Counted from the whole stretch's first letter, positions 37,145 through 50,727 are shown. The stretch: 60,581 nt of DNA, filler included, from Dimargaris cristalligena (GCA_003614675.1; 10 parts of 10 records of this genome joined end to end with filler, not necessarily neighbours in it); one strand, 5' to 3'. Notes: generated by a model from the sequence alone, not told the origin. Numbers and translations: made by a program.

Positions 37145-38328
37145 CGTCCTCGATTACCGCCAACGGATGAATAATCTGATCCGCCAATAGCTTAATCTTT
37201 TGGATCGATATACCTCGCCATTTTCATATCAACTCAGATTCGAAAACTTCCGCTATATTATCAGACGCTCACTATTGAACAGATTAATTATTTCCTCTAA
37301 ATTCTACCCGTTAAATAAATTCACGAGTTGTCTGATATATTCCAATAAATTGAATACTGAGTGGTGCGTGTTTGCGTAAAAATGGCCGCTAGACTACCCT
37401 ACTAATCTATATATAATTAGGAAGGTGGTGGACACCTGGTCGTTTGTTGGCACTCCGGGTCCAAAGCTACCTCTACTACATTTTGATTTGAAGTGTCACG
37501 GTGATTGTAGGTCCCCCTGAGTTGGCCTTCCATAACCGCACTATCCCACTTTTAAAATGGTATTATTTCGATTCATCGCCGATTGGTAGGAACGAATATT
37601 AATAATAGAATATATCGGCCGATTTAGAATTGCGGGGTAGTTCCCAAATTAACCGGCACATTACTTATAAACGTGAGGTTACCGGTGCCTTGATTAGGGC
37701 TAGCTAGGTATATATTACCAATGGAATCCTGAAGGCAACAGCTATTACTAAATACACTTCTTTTAATAACCCCTAAACCCATACACCTTTCTAGCATGGA
37801 TAACCCAACCGGTTATTATATTATCAGCGATTTCAAACGACGCACCCAAAAAAATAATCAATGTCTATTTATCAAGAGCATTGCCAATCCACTGTACTTC
37901 TGCAATACTGACATATCTTAGTTTCTGATAGTTTGGTTATTCAAATCCAACCACGGCGGACCTCCCCACTTAATTGGATCAACCTGTAGGTGCCTAAAAA
38001 CTCATTTATCAATAAATCCAATCAGCGGCACCCCGAACTTCAGAAATCAACACGGGTACTTTATCAAGGGATATTTATTTTACAGGCTCTGCGGTATAAT
38101 CTCGGCCAGTTAATCCGAGGGAGCTTAGAATACTAAAAAGAAGTCAAGTATATAGTTCAAAAATTTACGCAAAGTATCACTGCAAAGAGCAAGGGAAAAT
38201 GGTGGGTAACCCCCTCCCCCTGTCCCGGTGGCACTCGAAACAATACAGACATGTAAGCCTTACGACCAGTAAGGATGAAAGGCGGGCGGGAGGGAGGGGT
38301 AAATATCGGATATTATTCAGATACATTA

Positions 38329-39147
38329 CTAAGAGCGCTTGCGGTTGTCGCGACGACGCTCCCGGTTCTCTTCCTTCCTGAGCAGGATAATGAGCAGGCG
38401 CACAAAGACGGCAAAGGCATCGGTGTACAGTTCGAAGGCCTGGCCCGCGGCGTCCAGGTAGCCCATATCGATTTGGTGGAGGATTTTCTGGGTGTCGTAG
38501 ATGATGTAGAAGCTAAAGATGGCCAGACCACCGTACAGTTGCAGGGCGAACAGAGCCTCCGAGCGCAGGAACAGCCCATTGACCCACGACAGCAGGGCCA
38601 GCACCGAAAGGGCCGAGCCCAGGAGGCCCCCGAAGTACAGGCCGACGCGGGAACGGCTGAAGATGGCGCTGGCGGTGAAACAGGTGAACACGGCGAGGGT
38701 GCCGGCCAGGGCCGTGGTGACGATGCGGGGGTCCACGTAGAGGGCCACGTTGAGGAGGGACCCGATGGCGTTACCCTGGGTGAAGGCGACGGTGAGTAGG
38801 GCGGTCTGACGGATTTGGGCAGGGGAGGCCCAAAGAGCCGAGGGGGCCGGGGGGCCGCTGAGGTAGAAGACGCTGGCCAGGGACAGGAGCAGGGTCGCCC
38901 ACACAGGGAGTTGAAGATAGCCGGTAATGAAGGCGTACGAACCCAGGGCGGCCGAACCGGACGCCAGGGCCAGCCAAGTGTAGACCCGGGTGAGATGGCG
39001 TTGGGCCAGGGGCGAAAGGGGGTTCGTCTTGGTCAGGGTTTCGAACGAGTAGGAGTAGGTGGGTCGGGCACCCTCCCCACTCCCACCACCGGCGGACCAA
39101 CTCGGGCCGGCGGTGGACGAAGAAGAGGTATAGTAGGGGGTGGCCAT
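38329..39147 (-). CDS. Bax inhibitor-1 (TMBIM6/BI-1) family membrane protein, 272 aa
   Basis: QRHLTRVY, multiple transmembrane segments, FTCFTASA, YIIYDTQKI, LYTDAFAVFVRLLIIL and a basic C-tail. ATG at 39147. Confidence 0.93.
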   Translation of the reverse strand: MATPYYTSSSSTAGPSWSAGGGSGEGARPTYSYSFETLTKTNPLSPLAQRHLTRVYTWLALASGSAALGSYAFITGYLQLPVWATLLLSLASVFYLSGPPAPSALWASPAQIRQTALLTVAFTQGNAIGSLLNVALYVDPRIVTTALAGTLAVFTCFTASAIFSRSRVGLYFGGLLGSALSVLALLSWVNGLFLRSEALFALQLYGGLAIFSFYIIYDTQKILHQIDMGYLDAAGQAFELYTDAFAVFVRLLIILLRKEENRERRRDNRKRS

Positions 39148-42100
39148 GCTTAGTTGTTCTTTGTTTTTCCTATTTGCCAAGGAATGCAAAAGGGGGGGGG
39201 GATAAGGTAACAACGACGTAATGTGACTGTGCCGGATAATAGATGTTGCTGGGGGTGGGTGGGATGAGGGAGGAAGGGACACAACCGACGAGGTTGCCGG
39301 TAGAAATGAACAAAATTAGGGAAAAATAGATAAGCAAAGGACTAAAATAGTCGAATGTTTCAAAGGTCGAAATTGGGAAATGTGGGAGTAAACTAAGAAA
39401 CTTATTTGAGTTGTTAAGGGTGTGGATATAGATATAGATAAGCGGCCTGCAACAACAGCCTGGAGTGTGGTAAAGCGGTCTTGGCGCAGCCAATCATCGC
39501 GCCCGGAAGCCTGGCACCACCAACCGGTCGACTGGCGCCACGTAGCACACACGTATTTTTCGGATATCCCCGTACCCTTCCTTGTCTTATTATATTTATA
39601 GCTTGTCTTATTTTATCTATAGTTAGTCCCAAGTAAAGAGGGAATAGATATCGGCCTGAAGTAGCAGGTCCCAATGACGTCGTTGTCCACCAAGTTCCCA
39701 CTCGCACTGTGTGGCCTTAAACTCTATCGACCCGATGTTTTCGATAAACGTCGGTCTTGGCGAACACACCCAACCAAAATCGCGCATCCCCCGAATCAAC
39801 GTGGTAGGGTGATTGGGGCCATAATGCCGCCCCAGTGTCGCTCGACTAAATTGGGCAATGTCGCCAGTCGATCTCTCCTCCCCCGACCTTGGGATCTACC
39901 GGCAATAGGAAAAGCCGAGAATATGGTGTGGGTTATTTGACTCGACCGAGCGGCACTTTCCGAGTGTATCGAGCCCTCGATGGGGGGGAGAACCCCCCGT
40001 TCGTGCGGGGTCGACCCTCTTTTGTGCCTATTTGTCTTTTTGACCCTCCCCTTCGGACTTGTCGTGTTGGTGGATAACGAGTGTGGATGAGTTGATTCTT
40101 ATCGATCACCTTTCTTGCTTGGCTAGTCCCAAGTAATCTCGCTGCCATCCCCACCAATCATGCCTCCTAATATTATGAACCGAAGGAGTTTTGACAGTGA
40201 ATGCGTGACACTGCGATGGCCAATGCTCGGAGGAACGCTCCATCGGTTTGTGTAGGTTTCGCCAAGGCTCTTTGGACCCGTTGCGACCAACTCGCACGGC
40301 GGTACATCCCAGTTATCTATTTATTCACCTCGGGATTTGCCATGGAATATTGGTCCAACCATAATTCGGGATCTAGCTTATCACCGTCCGCTGCTTGCGG
40401 TATGGCCCCTTTAGGCGTGGGTGTGAGTGTGAATGTGAATGTGGGTTATATATATATATTGTTATTTTCGCGGTGCTGCAGAATTAGTATAGTGGGCAGT
40501 ATGGTGTTTGTGGTGGTCGTAGAAGGGGTACACCTGCTTCCAAAAACATCCTCCCCCACTGCCTCGCTGACTAATCCAATGCCCCCCACCCCATATTGCT
40601 GGTGCGGACCACATCACGCACCCGGAGTCTGGGAACTTTATTAGGTCAGCCACTATCCACTAGGTTATTATAACTTAGTCAGGACATATTATTTCCTCCG
40701 GGAACCCGTTTATCCTGAGGATGGCTCATTTTCCGCTGCAAATGATGAGACTCCGCCGCCGGGTATTTTGGGTGCATTTGTTATGCAATAATCCCAATTA
40801 CCCTCTCTATTTGTATACAAGGCCCCGGGCCAAGCCTTTCTAGCTAACTACGCTCCTCTGGATTTGTCACCTCCAATCCTCCGTAAAATAACCCAGTCTC
40901 TCTCTCTCACTTGGGGGATAGTCGGGTGATCAATATTTGCTTATAAATCGCCGCAGGCTCTTGGTGGTTTTCATAGACGCCATACACTTGATGGCAATCG
41001 AATTGGGATAGGTTCAATCCAAGAACCGTATAGCTCAAAATCCAGCCGATGAGACGCGAATATTACTGGGTAAAGGTAGGAATCGCCCGCCGACTGTTTT
41101 CCCAGATTCTAAACATTTAAAAAGCTTAGTCAGTTACATTTTATTTTCACCAACGGTCTATCTACACAGAGAAGACCATGCCGACAACACTTGGCCCATT
41201 TTGTTGAACCCTCCCCGGCTCAATAAACAAGCGTATATCCCCCCCCCACACACCTGGTAATATTGGCATAGTTAGAGGCCATACCCTCCCTTCCTCCAGA
41301 CGTCATGCCCACAACACCGATGATGCCTACTTGGGCGACCGGGGCCTTGGCAACTCCGGCATGCCCAAGTGGGTATAGCGGGGGTACCCTCCGATGAATT
41401 TCCCGGACAGTCCTCAGGGAATAGAGGATGACTGTGTGAATACCCCATATCGAGTAAGACCAGTGACGGATGGGGGTTTTTTTAGAATGAGAATAGGTAT
41501 ATAACCGTGATTTGGTGTCCAAGAATACAACAGAGATAGAGGACGGACTTGGCGATTTCCAGGATACCGGCTAATCAATTACGCGCCAAAACGAGCTGGC
41601 TTGATTGGCATCCGTTTTCGAAGTGCCCAAAAAGAGACGAACCCCCAAAAATACTTAGGCGACTATAGAGGGGACTGGGCACTTGACCTATTTTCCTCCG
41701 TTCAACAATCAACTTAAAGGGTATGTGGCTATAGGGGATTGGGAGGGGGGCGACAGCCTTCGTACTGCAGTCCGAACTGCGGCTGTGGTGCGACTATAAT
41801 CCCCGTCGGACTGTGCGACCGCCACAGGCATTTGGCCCTTCACTGCCACCTCCCCATATGGACACACCAATGGGCCGGGCAGACGATGGCCCAAAATGAA
41901 ATCGGGGGTGCCTCTCGCTCTCTACCCTTTATGTCTCTGCCCCCCCCCACCCCATACATGTACACACCCACATATTAATACTGCACCCATTAGTATCGCG
42001 GTCACTATGACCCTTAAAACCAGAAGGGTCTAATCTAGCTATACGCTGTGAACAACCACCACCATACACCCCCCTCTTTCAAGGGGCCCTCCTCTTACTA

Positions 42101-42515
42101 ACCTAATGGGCACTTTTCCGGCCGGGTTAGTTACTTTGTATATCGCGCAGCAAGGTTATTGGACCCGGCTTACTAATACACACGTCTACTATTGGTGGAT
42201 AATTTCGGACAGCCAGTAAATCCGCTTGAAGAAGGTTATAGTGGTGGTAGTCCGCAGCACACATCTCTGCGCTCGTTGTTTTCCCGCGTGGGGGGGGGGT
42301 GCTTCTCTCCCACTGTTGGTAAAAAAATCCTAATTGCGGCGACAATACACCACCAACTGATAATTCACTGACTAAGGCAGCTCTGGCCGGAATTTTCCTC
42401 ACTTCCCACATTGCACGCTGGCTGGCTCGGTGGTGGTCCCTTGCCCAATTTGAATGCCGAGCTCGACGCGTATGAATGAAGGTGGTTGCGGGACCCTCTT
42501 TCGCGCTCAAAATCG

Positions 42516-42615
42516 NNNNNNNNNNNNNNNNNNNNNNNNNNNNNNNNNNNNNNNNNNNNTTAATTAATTAANNNNNNNNNNNNNNNNNNNNNNNNNNNNN
42601 NNNNNNNNNNNNNNN
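42516..42615. other. artificial contig spacer
   Basis: N run with TTAATTAATTAA. Confidence 0.97.
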
Positions 42616-43072
42616 GGGCTATTGGGAGGGGGGGGGGTCAGAATAAATCAATCCGTGGATAAAATGGGACTAGGGAGTAGCACTATTTCAAAATGGTGTA
42701 GCCAAAATAAAGATATGGCATCCAGCGTAGACATGAGGTAAAATCTTGAGAGCAGAAGAATTCCTTCCATTCAACCTAGATTGCGGACTAGTAGGACACG
42801 GTCAATACAGTGGTTGGCCTATCCCCCCACTACACTCCTTAATTCGTAGGGGAAGGTCAAAACTAAGAAGTTAAATAACTGTTTGGGTAAGTTTTTATTT
42901 GAGTTTTATTATATATCACACTCCATGGGTCAAACGTATAGCCCATCTAGAAATCTGGTAACGTGAATACAGATGCTTGACAATGCATCAGACCATGCTG
43001 GGCCTCAATTGGAAATACATGTGGGTGTGTAGGAGATGGATGAACGCCTTGGAGGTTGACAAATAATTAGAA

Positions 43073-43732
43073 TTAGCGACTGTAAGTGGCTAGACGCGCC
43101 ACAGCTCCCTCTTGGTAACGTTTAAATGCAGGGTCCAGCTCTAAAGTGGCCTGAAACTTACGCAGACCCTCGCCCACATGTTCCTCTAGGATTTCCTTGT
43201 AAAAAGGCACTGTGGCCAGTCTTTCGAGACGCATGTACGCCACAATATCGGCCAGAGTGGTTTTGTTACCGACGTAGTGGCCGGTACCGTTGCGGAGCAG
43301 CAGTTCGTCATGTTTCTTCAACAGGTGGATGGCCGCTACGCCGAGTTTCTTGAAAGCGGCCGCCTTTTCTTCCTCAGCCTTGGCGATATATAAAGCTTGG
43401 AACATGAGTACCATCACATCATTACACTGACCAAGCACCGCGTCCTGCTGGGCGTTGGACCGCACATCGGCGGGGCTCGTCCCGTAAAGACCGAAGCGGG
43501 CGGCCAGGTAGCGTTGGATGGCATCGGATTCGGTTAGGATAAACGAAGGCTCCGTCGAATCGGATTCAAATTCCTTGAGCACGGGCAGCTGACCGAAGGG
43601 GGTCTGGCTCTTTTCGGCGGGCTATTGGGTGGCATAGATCGATCGGTAGTCGGCGTTGGCATATTCCAGGATAGCGCGCGAAATTTCGCCACGGCCGCTG
43701 GCTTGAAAATACAAAAATTCGAGGCGGGTCAT
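43073..43732 (-). pseudogene. glutathione S-transferase (Tyr-type, sigma-like) with in-frame TAG at codon 37
   Basis: MTRLEFLYFQASGRGEISRAIL…ATQ*PAEKSQTPFGQLPVL…LTESDAIQRYLA…TLADI. 220 codons in one frame, with the TAG at 43624-43622 as the only visible lesion. Confidence 0.85.
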
Positions 43733-46006
43733 GCTGGATAATAGTTAGTCAATGGGGTAGAGAGAGAGAGAGAAGTGGCACTGGGGGACGGAGAAACAGA
43801 GTTGCAGGGGCAAGGAATAAAAGAGTAGCTCGAGGTTTTTATTAGAAGGCGAGGCAAGTGCCCATTTTTATAATGGATTACGAACTAATGGGCCTGGCTC
43901 ACCGGGGAGGTATCAAGAGAGTCGGGGCCCCTCTATGGTTAGACATAGACCCACTGACATCCATTTACACTTAGGGGAAATGGCTGACTTGGCCCAAAAT
44001 AATCTGTAATAGTCTGAGATGAAAGACCCAGGTAGGTTGGTGAAGGGGGTCCTCAATCTATTAGTCAGCCATCCGGTGGATTGACCGGCCTGAATTACTT
44101 GTATTACGTAAGTGAGGGAACTGTCTCACCGCGTACCAACCGCCGTTTATCCTACTCTAAGAAACAGCCCCGCAAAGTAGAGCAAGTCTTACCTACTACA
44201 TGGGGCTGGCATTATTGGGCAATATTCTCTCACTGGCTAAAAATCCAGTAAATACATTTAAGAGGAATATGATTAGAACTCCGACTCCCCGGTGCTGTTC
44301 GTAATTCCCGAATAAAAAATAGGCATGTAGTTGGGGATTAATTAGGATGTTCCAAAACCCCGGATAATTTAAGTTATGGTCGGCCTAAAGAGCCGTACGT
44401 TTTCGCTGCAACTTGTACCAATGACCTGAAACGCCTCATGATCCCACTTTATGTCAATTTGAATCGGCCCTTTATCTTTGGGTCGGCGTAGGGCCCTTAT
44501 TCCACAATATACAGGAGGGGACACCCTCATTTGTCATCATTACCGGTTTGATATAGTTTGCGAGCCTAAACGTACACTGTGGCTAGACTGAGTGACAACT
44601 GGGAAATAAGCCAGCGACTAGGAAAAACATTAATATACAATAAGACTGATTGTGTTCAAGTAGGAAGTCTCCCAAACTGATCGGTGGCCCCAATATACCT
44701 GATGGGCCCGACGGTTGCATTCTAGAAACGAGCTGGATACCGAATAGTTACAAGTGAATTGGCAGTCATGGAAGGTGCTAACCCCGTATATTTCCTGTTA
44801 TAATCCCCCAAATTGGGTGAAAGCCAATGGCATCACGAACCTGATCTACGACATTAATGTGGGCGGCCGTCGCCAAAGTACACCACATTGGATTAATACC
44901 AAAATCTGAAGGGGAATGCTTGTTGTCATAGTATGCTTCGGTGGGGTATCGGCCAACCAAACTGTTCCTAGAGTATACATGATGCTAAACGGGTATGCCC
45001 TGTCATAAATAAGATGCATGTAAAAATGTACCTAACTGGATCATTTATTAATTGATAGATAGTTGGGTAAACTCGCTATATTTGAGCAGTAATATCAGTC
45101 TCGTTAATTGGATACTTCTGTAAATAGCATGATTGAGCCTTTCCAATCTATAATACAGGTCCATGTAACAGGAATATATATATGACACATGTAGTTGTAA
45201 TAGTTATAGAAATGTAGAGGGACTTAATGAAAACCCATCGGGGTGCTGCTCTTTACTAAATTTTATCCAATGCAAGGGGAAGATGTAAACTGCCCCCCTC
45301 ACACAAGATGATCCAATAGGACCTAGTATAACTCCTCACCTGGGATAGTTAAAGACCTACAATGCTACTATTTATTTTTACCTTTACAAATGAATACATA
45401 TCACTATTTATAATTAATCTGTAGAATATAATGTGGCTCAGTGGTCAATCCGCCCTAGCAGGATCTAGGAGAACCTTACTATGCAAACCATTCATTTTAG
45501 GTCTTATTGTGCTATTACATATTTAATTTTCCAGCACGTTAGCTATTGGCCAATTTAATTAGTTTGCCCACGACATTATGGCTGACGGATAACATAGTGC
45601 AGCAACTTCATCCAGTCAACTAAATGAGATACTGGTGATGGCTCGCAGGTTGCCTTGGAAAACACCCAGATATTCCTCCCACTTCGCCAAGTCATTTTGA
45701 TATCAGATGGTACATTATTTGGTCCCATTTCTTTTTTTTTCTTTTTTTAGTGAAGGACTGGTTAGTGAAAATTTTACGGCATTCGAGAGTTGGAAGCAAC
45801 GAACTCAGTTTGCCCTTTCAAGCCAAGGGCTGGAAGCCGATAAACAGTACATACTATATTCCAAAGTCCAAACCGAAGTGACCTTTGTTTACTATCAAGT
45901 TTTGTAAGCCAGTTCCCTTTATTCGGATTAGGTGTATTCCTTCTTGTGCTGCGACACATTCTCATATCTTCTTGTTCGATTCGACCCTTTTCTTAAAACC
46001 CACAGC

Positions 46007-47794
46007 ATGTCACTCGGCGTACCACTTTGGTTCTCGAGTCCGACCGTCGTCTCCCCGAGCCAGGAGCTTCCCCTCGGCAGCCCGGAGGTGCCCCTATCGG
46101 CCGAACTCACTGAGTGTTGCCAACGGGAGGGCATTGCCCATTTCTTCGCCGTCCAAGCCGCCGTCCTCCCCCTCCTCGTCCAGTCGGCCCGCAGCGTAGC
46201 CACCCGCCATCGCTTACCCGACCTGTGTGTCTCGGCGCCCACCGGGAGTGGTAAAACACTAGCCTACCTTTTGCCGATCATTGAGAAACTACGCAGTCGG
46301 CGCATTCGTCGCCTTAGGGCCCTCATCGTCTTGCCCACCCGTGATCTCGCCCTACAGGTCAAGGCCGTGCTGGACCGGTTTACCCAGGGTACCGATTTGG
46401 TCAGTGCGGTGATTGCCGGTCAAGTGCCCTTGGCCCAAGAACAGGAATTGCTTACTGGCGGTTGTCCGACGGGGGCCGAGGACGACGACGACGACGACAA
46501 CGATGGCAATGACAACAACGTCCCTAATCATAATAGCAACGACAGCGCCTTCCCCGCCGCTTTAAAGGGCGGCCATAGTGCCGTGGACATTATGGTCTGC
46601 ACTCCGGGGCGGTTGGTCGACCATCTCCGCTCAACGAAAAACTTTACCCTGCAACATTTGGAGTTTCTGGTCATTGATGAGGCGGATCGTTTGTTGAATC
46701 ATAATTTCCAGGATTGGCTGCCCAAAGTGCTGGAGTCCGCCGATGCTGCTACAAGCATGTCTGATATGCCTACTACACCCACCACAGTTGACCGCTGGGG
46801 GCTACCCGTCCATGACGCCGTGACTCGCCCCTCAGGCGGGCTGAACTCCCATATTTTCAATCGTCCTACATCTCGGGTAAGTCTACCTCCAAGTATTGAT
46901 GATCCCGTGTTTCTAAGCTAAAATATATAATCAACCATATTTATTTGCGGACCCTGATTTCATAATCCAAATCCTTACTTACCATCTTAATAATTTTACC
47001 ATCACTACCACTCTTCCGCCTGGATCTTGTAGATGCAAAAACTTCTCTTTTCGGCTACTCTATCGGACAACCCGGCCATCCTAGCCGCTCTGAAGCTATA
47101 TAGCCCCCAATACATCTGCATCCGCGACGATTCTTTAGCCACTGAAGACGGCAACTTGGCCAACCCCCGGCAAATTACGGTACCGCCGACCCTCAAGGAA
47201 TACACGTTGGTCTCCGACAGCGACACCAAACCCCTGGCGCTGGTTTATCTCATGTATCACCTCCAATTGGGCACCACCCTCTGTTTTACCCGTTCGGTGG
47301 AAGCCGCCCATCGGTTGTTCCAAGTGTTGGACGCCTTTAACCGAATTTATACCGCCGAACGGCAAAAGCAGCAGCAACCCGACGGACCGGAATTCAAACC
47401 CTTCACGTTGGCCGAATATTCGTCCGATTTACACCCTAGTGAACGCGAACGTTTGCGCGATCAGTTCGCCCGCGGAGAAATCCAACTCCTGGTGTCGTCC
47501 GATATGATCGCGCGTGGGTTGGATATTGAACAGGTTGGGGCCGTGATTAATTATGATGTACCGCGGGGTATTCAGACGTACGTGCATCGTGTGGGGCGGA
47601 CGGCCCGTGCCGGTCGGGAAGGGGCCGCTTACACCATTTTGGAATCCCAGGAAATCGGTAATTTCTTCTCCATGATGGACCGCGCTAAACATGCGGAGAA
47701 AATCATTAAGTTGGAAACCGAGCGGGGAATCAAGGGGGGCTACCAACACGCCTACAAACTGGCCCTGCGTCGCATGCGCACCATTTACAAATAA
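46007..47794 (+). CDS. DBP6: DEAD-box RNA helicase DBP6/DDX51; exons 46007-46876 and 47033-47794 (start uncertain)
   Basis: FAVQAAVLP Q motif, DLCVSAPTGSGKT, PTRDL, TPGRLVDHL, DEADRLL, QKLLFSATL, ARGLD, YVHRVGRTARAG. GTAAGT…TAG phase-0 intron. A CAG just before the ATG may indicate an upstream exon. Confidence 0.9.
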
Positions 47795-48185
47795 CGGCAG
47801 GGAGTGTGTGTTGACCCCCTCCGTATGTCCGGTGGAATCGGGTGTATTGAATCGTCTGACGAGGTTGGTGGGCTACTGATGTCACAATGATGAATGATAT
47901 TTATTTTTATATTGATGCTGATATCCGCCTCCCTCAAGTCCAGCTCAAGAATGAGGGGTAAATAAAATTAAATCAGAACTAATATAAAAGCCGATTATTA
48001 AGCCCTGCTAAACGGCAGAAAGAGGACGAGCGAACATATATCTACAATTTAAAGGTGGGTTCAGGAAGATGGGATATGATTCAATTAACTGTCTCCGGTG
48101 AACTGTAGGTGGGCTTTCCTGGTATATTTCATATATATATATATACATATATATAAACAGGGAATGGCCGGTGTTAAGTAACAGT

Positions 48186-48513
48186 TCAGTAGGGTGGCGG
48201 AGGGGGAGGATGTGGATAATAGGGACTGGGAAGTCCGGGTGAAGGGATGGCCAGTGATGAGGGTGGTGGCGGAAGTGACTGCTGTTGGGAATGGAATTGG
48301 TGGTAGTGGTGGTGGTCCGGCCCCTAGCAACCTGACGTACCCCCCCATAGGTCATTTTACTCCTCCCCCGTATTCCTCTCACCCGCCGACACCCGTTCAC
48401 CTCAGCCGTCGTGAAAGCTACCCTTCTTCGCAGTCCCCGGGGCTAATGGGCTACGGTAATATGCAGCCCCACCACTCGACGCATCCCCCGGTATCTGAAT
48501 ATCCCTCTACTGT
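48186..48513 (-). CDS. 3' fragment of a Pro/Ser/His-rich protein gene, with 48292-48513 inverted
   Basis: Minus strand reads SQQQSLPPPPSSLAIPSPGLPSPYYPHPPPPPPY*. Plus strand 48292-48513 reads a similar Pro-rich sequence that joins it in frame when flipped. Confidence 0.55.
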
Positions 48514-48613
48514 NNNNNNNNNNNNNNNNNNNNNNNNNNNNNNNNNNNNNNNNNNNNTTAATTAATTAANNNNNNNNNNNNNNNNNNNNNNNNNNNNNNN
48601 NNNNNNNNNNNNN
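48514..48613. other. artificial contig spacer
   Basis: N run with TTAATTAATTAA. Confidence 0.97.
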
Positions 48614-50727
48614 CCCTGCGAGGACTGCTGGGCGTGGCCCGGGACTGACGAGCCGTACATGTCGTACATGGACGGGTTCGAGGCCATCCCGTTGTGGGTG
48701 ACGGGTACCGGAGGCAGCATCGACTGCAGTTGCTGGTGGGTCATTTGGGGGCTGTCCATCATCATATAGGGCATATTATGGGAGAAGGCCATTTGGGAGT
48801 GACCCCCTTGCTGCAGATGGTGGGGATGGGCCGAGTGGGTGGCCGGGTGCGTAGGGGGGGCGTGGATCGATGGCCGGGCCTGGGGGTGGCCAGAGGGATG
48901 CGGCTGGTGGTGGGGGTGTTGCTGCTGGAACATGGCATGTGAGAAGGTGTGTCGCCGGGTCATGTGGGACTTTTCGTGTTTACGCAGGGAGCGGCCATGG
49001 TAGTAGGCCTTGCCACACCCCCGCACTGAACACACATAGGGCCGCACATCTGAGTGGGTTTTGACGTGGGTGGCCAGTGAGTCCGGCCGGGAAAAGGATT
49101 TGCCGCACCCTTCGACGGGGCAGGGGAAGGGCTTCTCGCCGGTGTGGGTACGCAGGTGGTTGAACATCTTGTGGCGCTTGGTGAACGGCCGGTGGTGGCG
49201 GTTACACCCCCGCCAGCCACACACATAGGTCGACTTTCCGCTTCCAATGTGGTCGCTGCTCAGATGGTCCACCAGGGACGCCAGGGAGGGGAACACCAGG
49301 TTGCAGTCATCCCACTGGCACGGGGAGTCGCCGGTGTCCAGGTCACCGTCACTCGGGGTCAAAGACGTGGCCCGCATATCCATCATGCCACCTTCGTCGT
49401 CGCTCTCGACTTGGCTGAACGTACTGGCGAGTGAATGGCGATGTAAAAAGGATCGCCCCACCATGGATTCGGCGTATGTACTATCACTGTAAATCGACTC
49501 ATTGTCCGAGAAATTGGATTGGTGGTGGTGGTGATGGTGGTGAGCGGCGTATTGTTGGTGTAGGTGGTGGTGGGGGTGACCAACCGGAAGTCCGCCCATC
49601 ATACTACCGTCTAGGGAACCTTCGGACAGGTCGAGACCGCCCGCGGCCTCCCGACTTAGGGATAGGCTGGCCTGGTATTTACGCAGGTCGCCCATAATGG
49701 CCGGTTCGGCGGAGGTGTGCCGGCGGGGCCGGGCAATGCTCATAAGGGGCGAATTCATCAGCGCTAGAAGGCTCCCGGAAGCGGGCGTGCCGGAAGTTTC
49801 TTCGATGGGCTGGGAGGCATCCGCACTGAGCAGAGCCCCGAGAGATGCACTCGTCGAAGCACTCGCCATGGATGGCATCTCACTTACCGACGAGTCCTCC
49901 ACTTTAGTCAGGGTTCCGTCAATGAGCAGGCTGGCCAAGTCGCTACCGGACGAGACGGCGGTGTCGGGGGACGATGATGTGGTCCAGGACAATGTTGGTT
50001 CGGCGGCAGCGGTCGAGGTAGTAGTGGCGGTAGTGGTGGCACCGGTGTTAATAGTGGCGATAAATGGGTTGTTTTCACTAGCAGCAGGGCTGGCCTCGTT
50101 ACCGGAGGTATCACCAGACGTCTCGTGACGCAGTGGGGAAGGACTGTGGCTTGACAAGCTGCGCATACCGGTGTGGGGGCTCGTCGAAGGAGAGGCGAGG
50201 CGAGGCTCGGGTTTATTAAAATCGTTGGGGACACCACCCAAAGAGGCTGTGCGGTCCATGAGTTTCGTGGATTCGTGGGGGAACGGAGAGTTGCTACCCA
50301 GCATGAGGGCGGAACGCTGCTCGTTGGACAACTGGGCGAAAACGTCGACGTTGGCGGCGTAATTAAAAGTACCGAGGGTGGGCTGGGAGAGCGTGTGGGT
50401 AATCAAGTGGGACTTGTCGGTTAAATTCGAATTGGTGTCCGAGCCGCCGGAAGTACGAGTGGAATTGCGAACCGTATCGGTATGGTCGGTGGCGGGGGCA
50501 GTGAGGGGGTTGTTCTGGGGGAAATTTAAAAGGGCGTCCAATTGAGCTTCGGTAGCCTCGGCTGATGACGGGGACGACTTGGGTTCCGCAGGGGGTGAAG
50601 TTACTGGTTGGATATCAAAATAAGAATTAGAGGCCAAACTAGTTTCGGAGTCAACTGGTATGGCGGGGGATAAAACGGCACTGTATGGGCTCATAATGTC
50701 AAAGGCCTGAGTGGGTGTGTGGAGCAT
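48614..50727 (-). CDS. GLI/GLIS/ZIC-like C2H2 transcription factor, four fingers, 3'-truncated
   Basis: Tandem CWCH2 fingers (CQWDDC…H…H, CGWRGC…HLRTH), a TGEKPFPC linker, and two further fingers (CGKSFSRPDSLATHVKTH, CGKAYYHGRSLRKHEKSH). His-rich and Ser-rich flanks. Confidence 0.9.

Noticed and set aside
41750-41830. Overlapping short inverted repeats (ACAGCC/GGCTGT, CAGTCCGA/TCGGACTG) suggesting a pseudoknot or ribozyme
   Set aside because: Short GC-rich stems with no catalytic-core consensus that I recognise.
44740-45905. Possible extra exons or a decayed gene upstream of DBP6
   Set aside because: Splice-like signals give conflicting frames and no recognisable protein.
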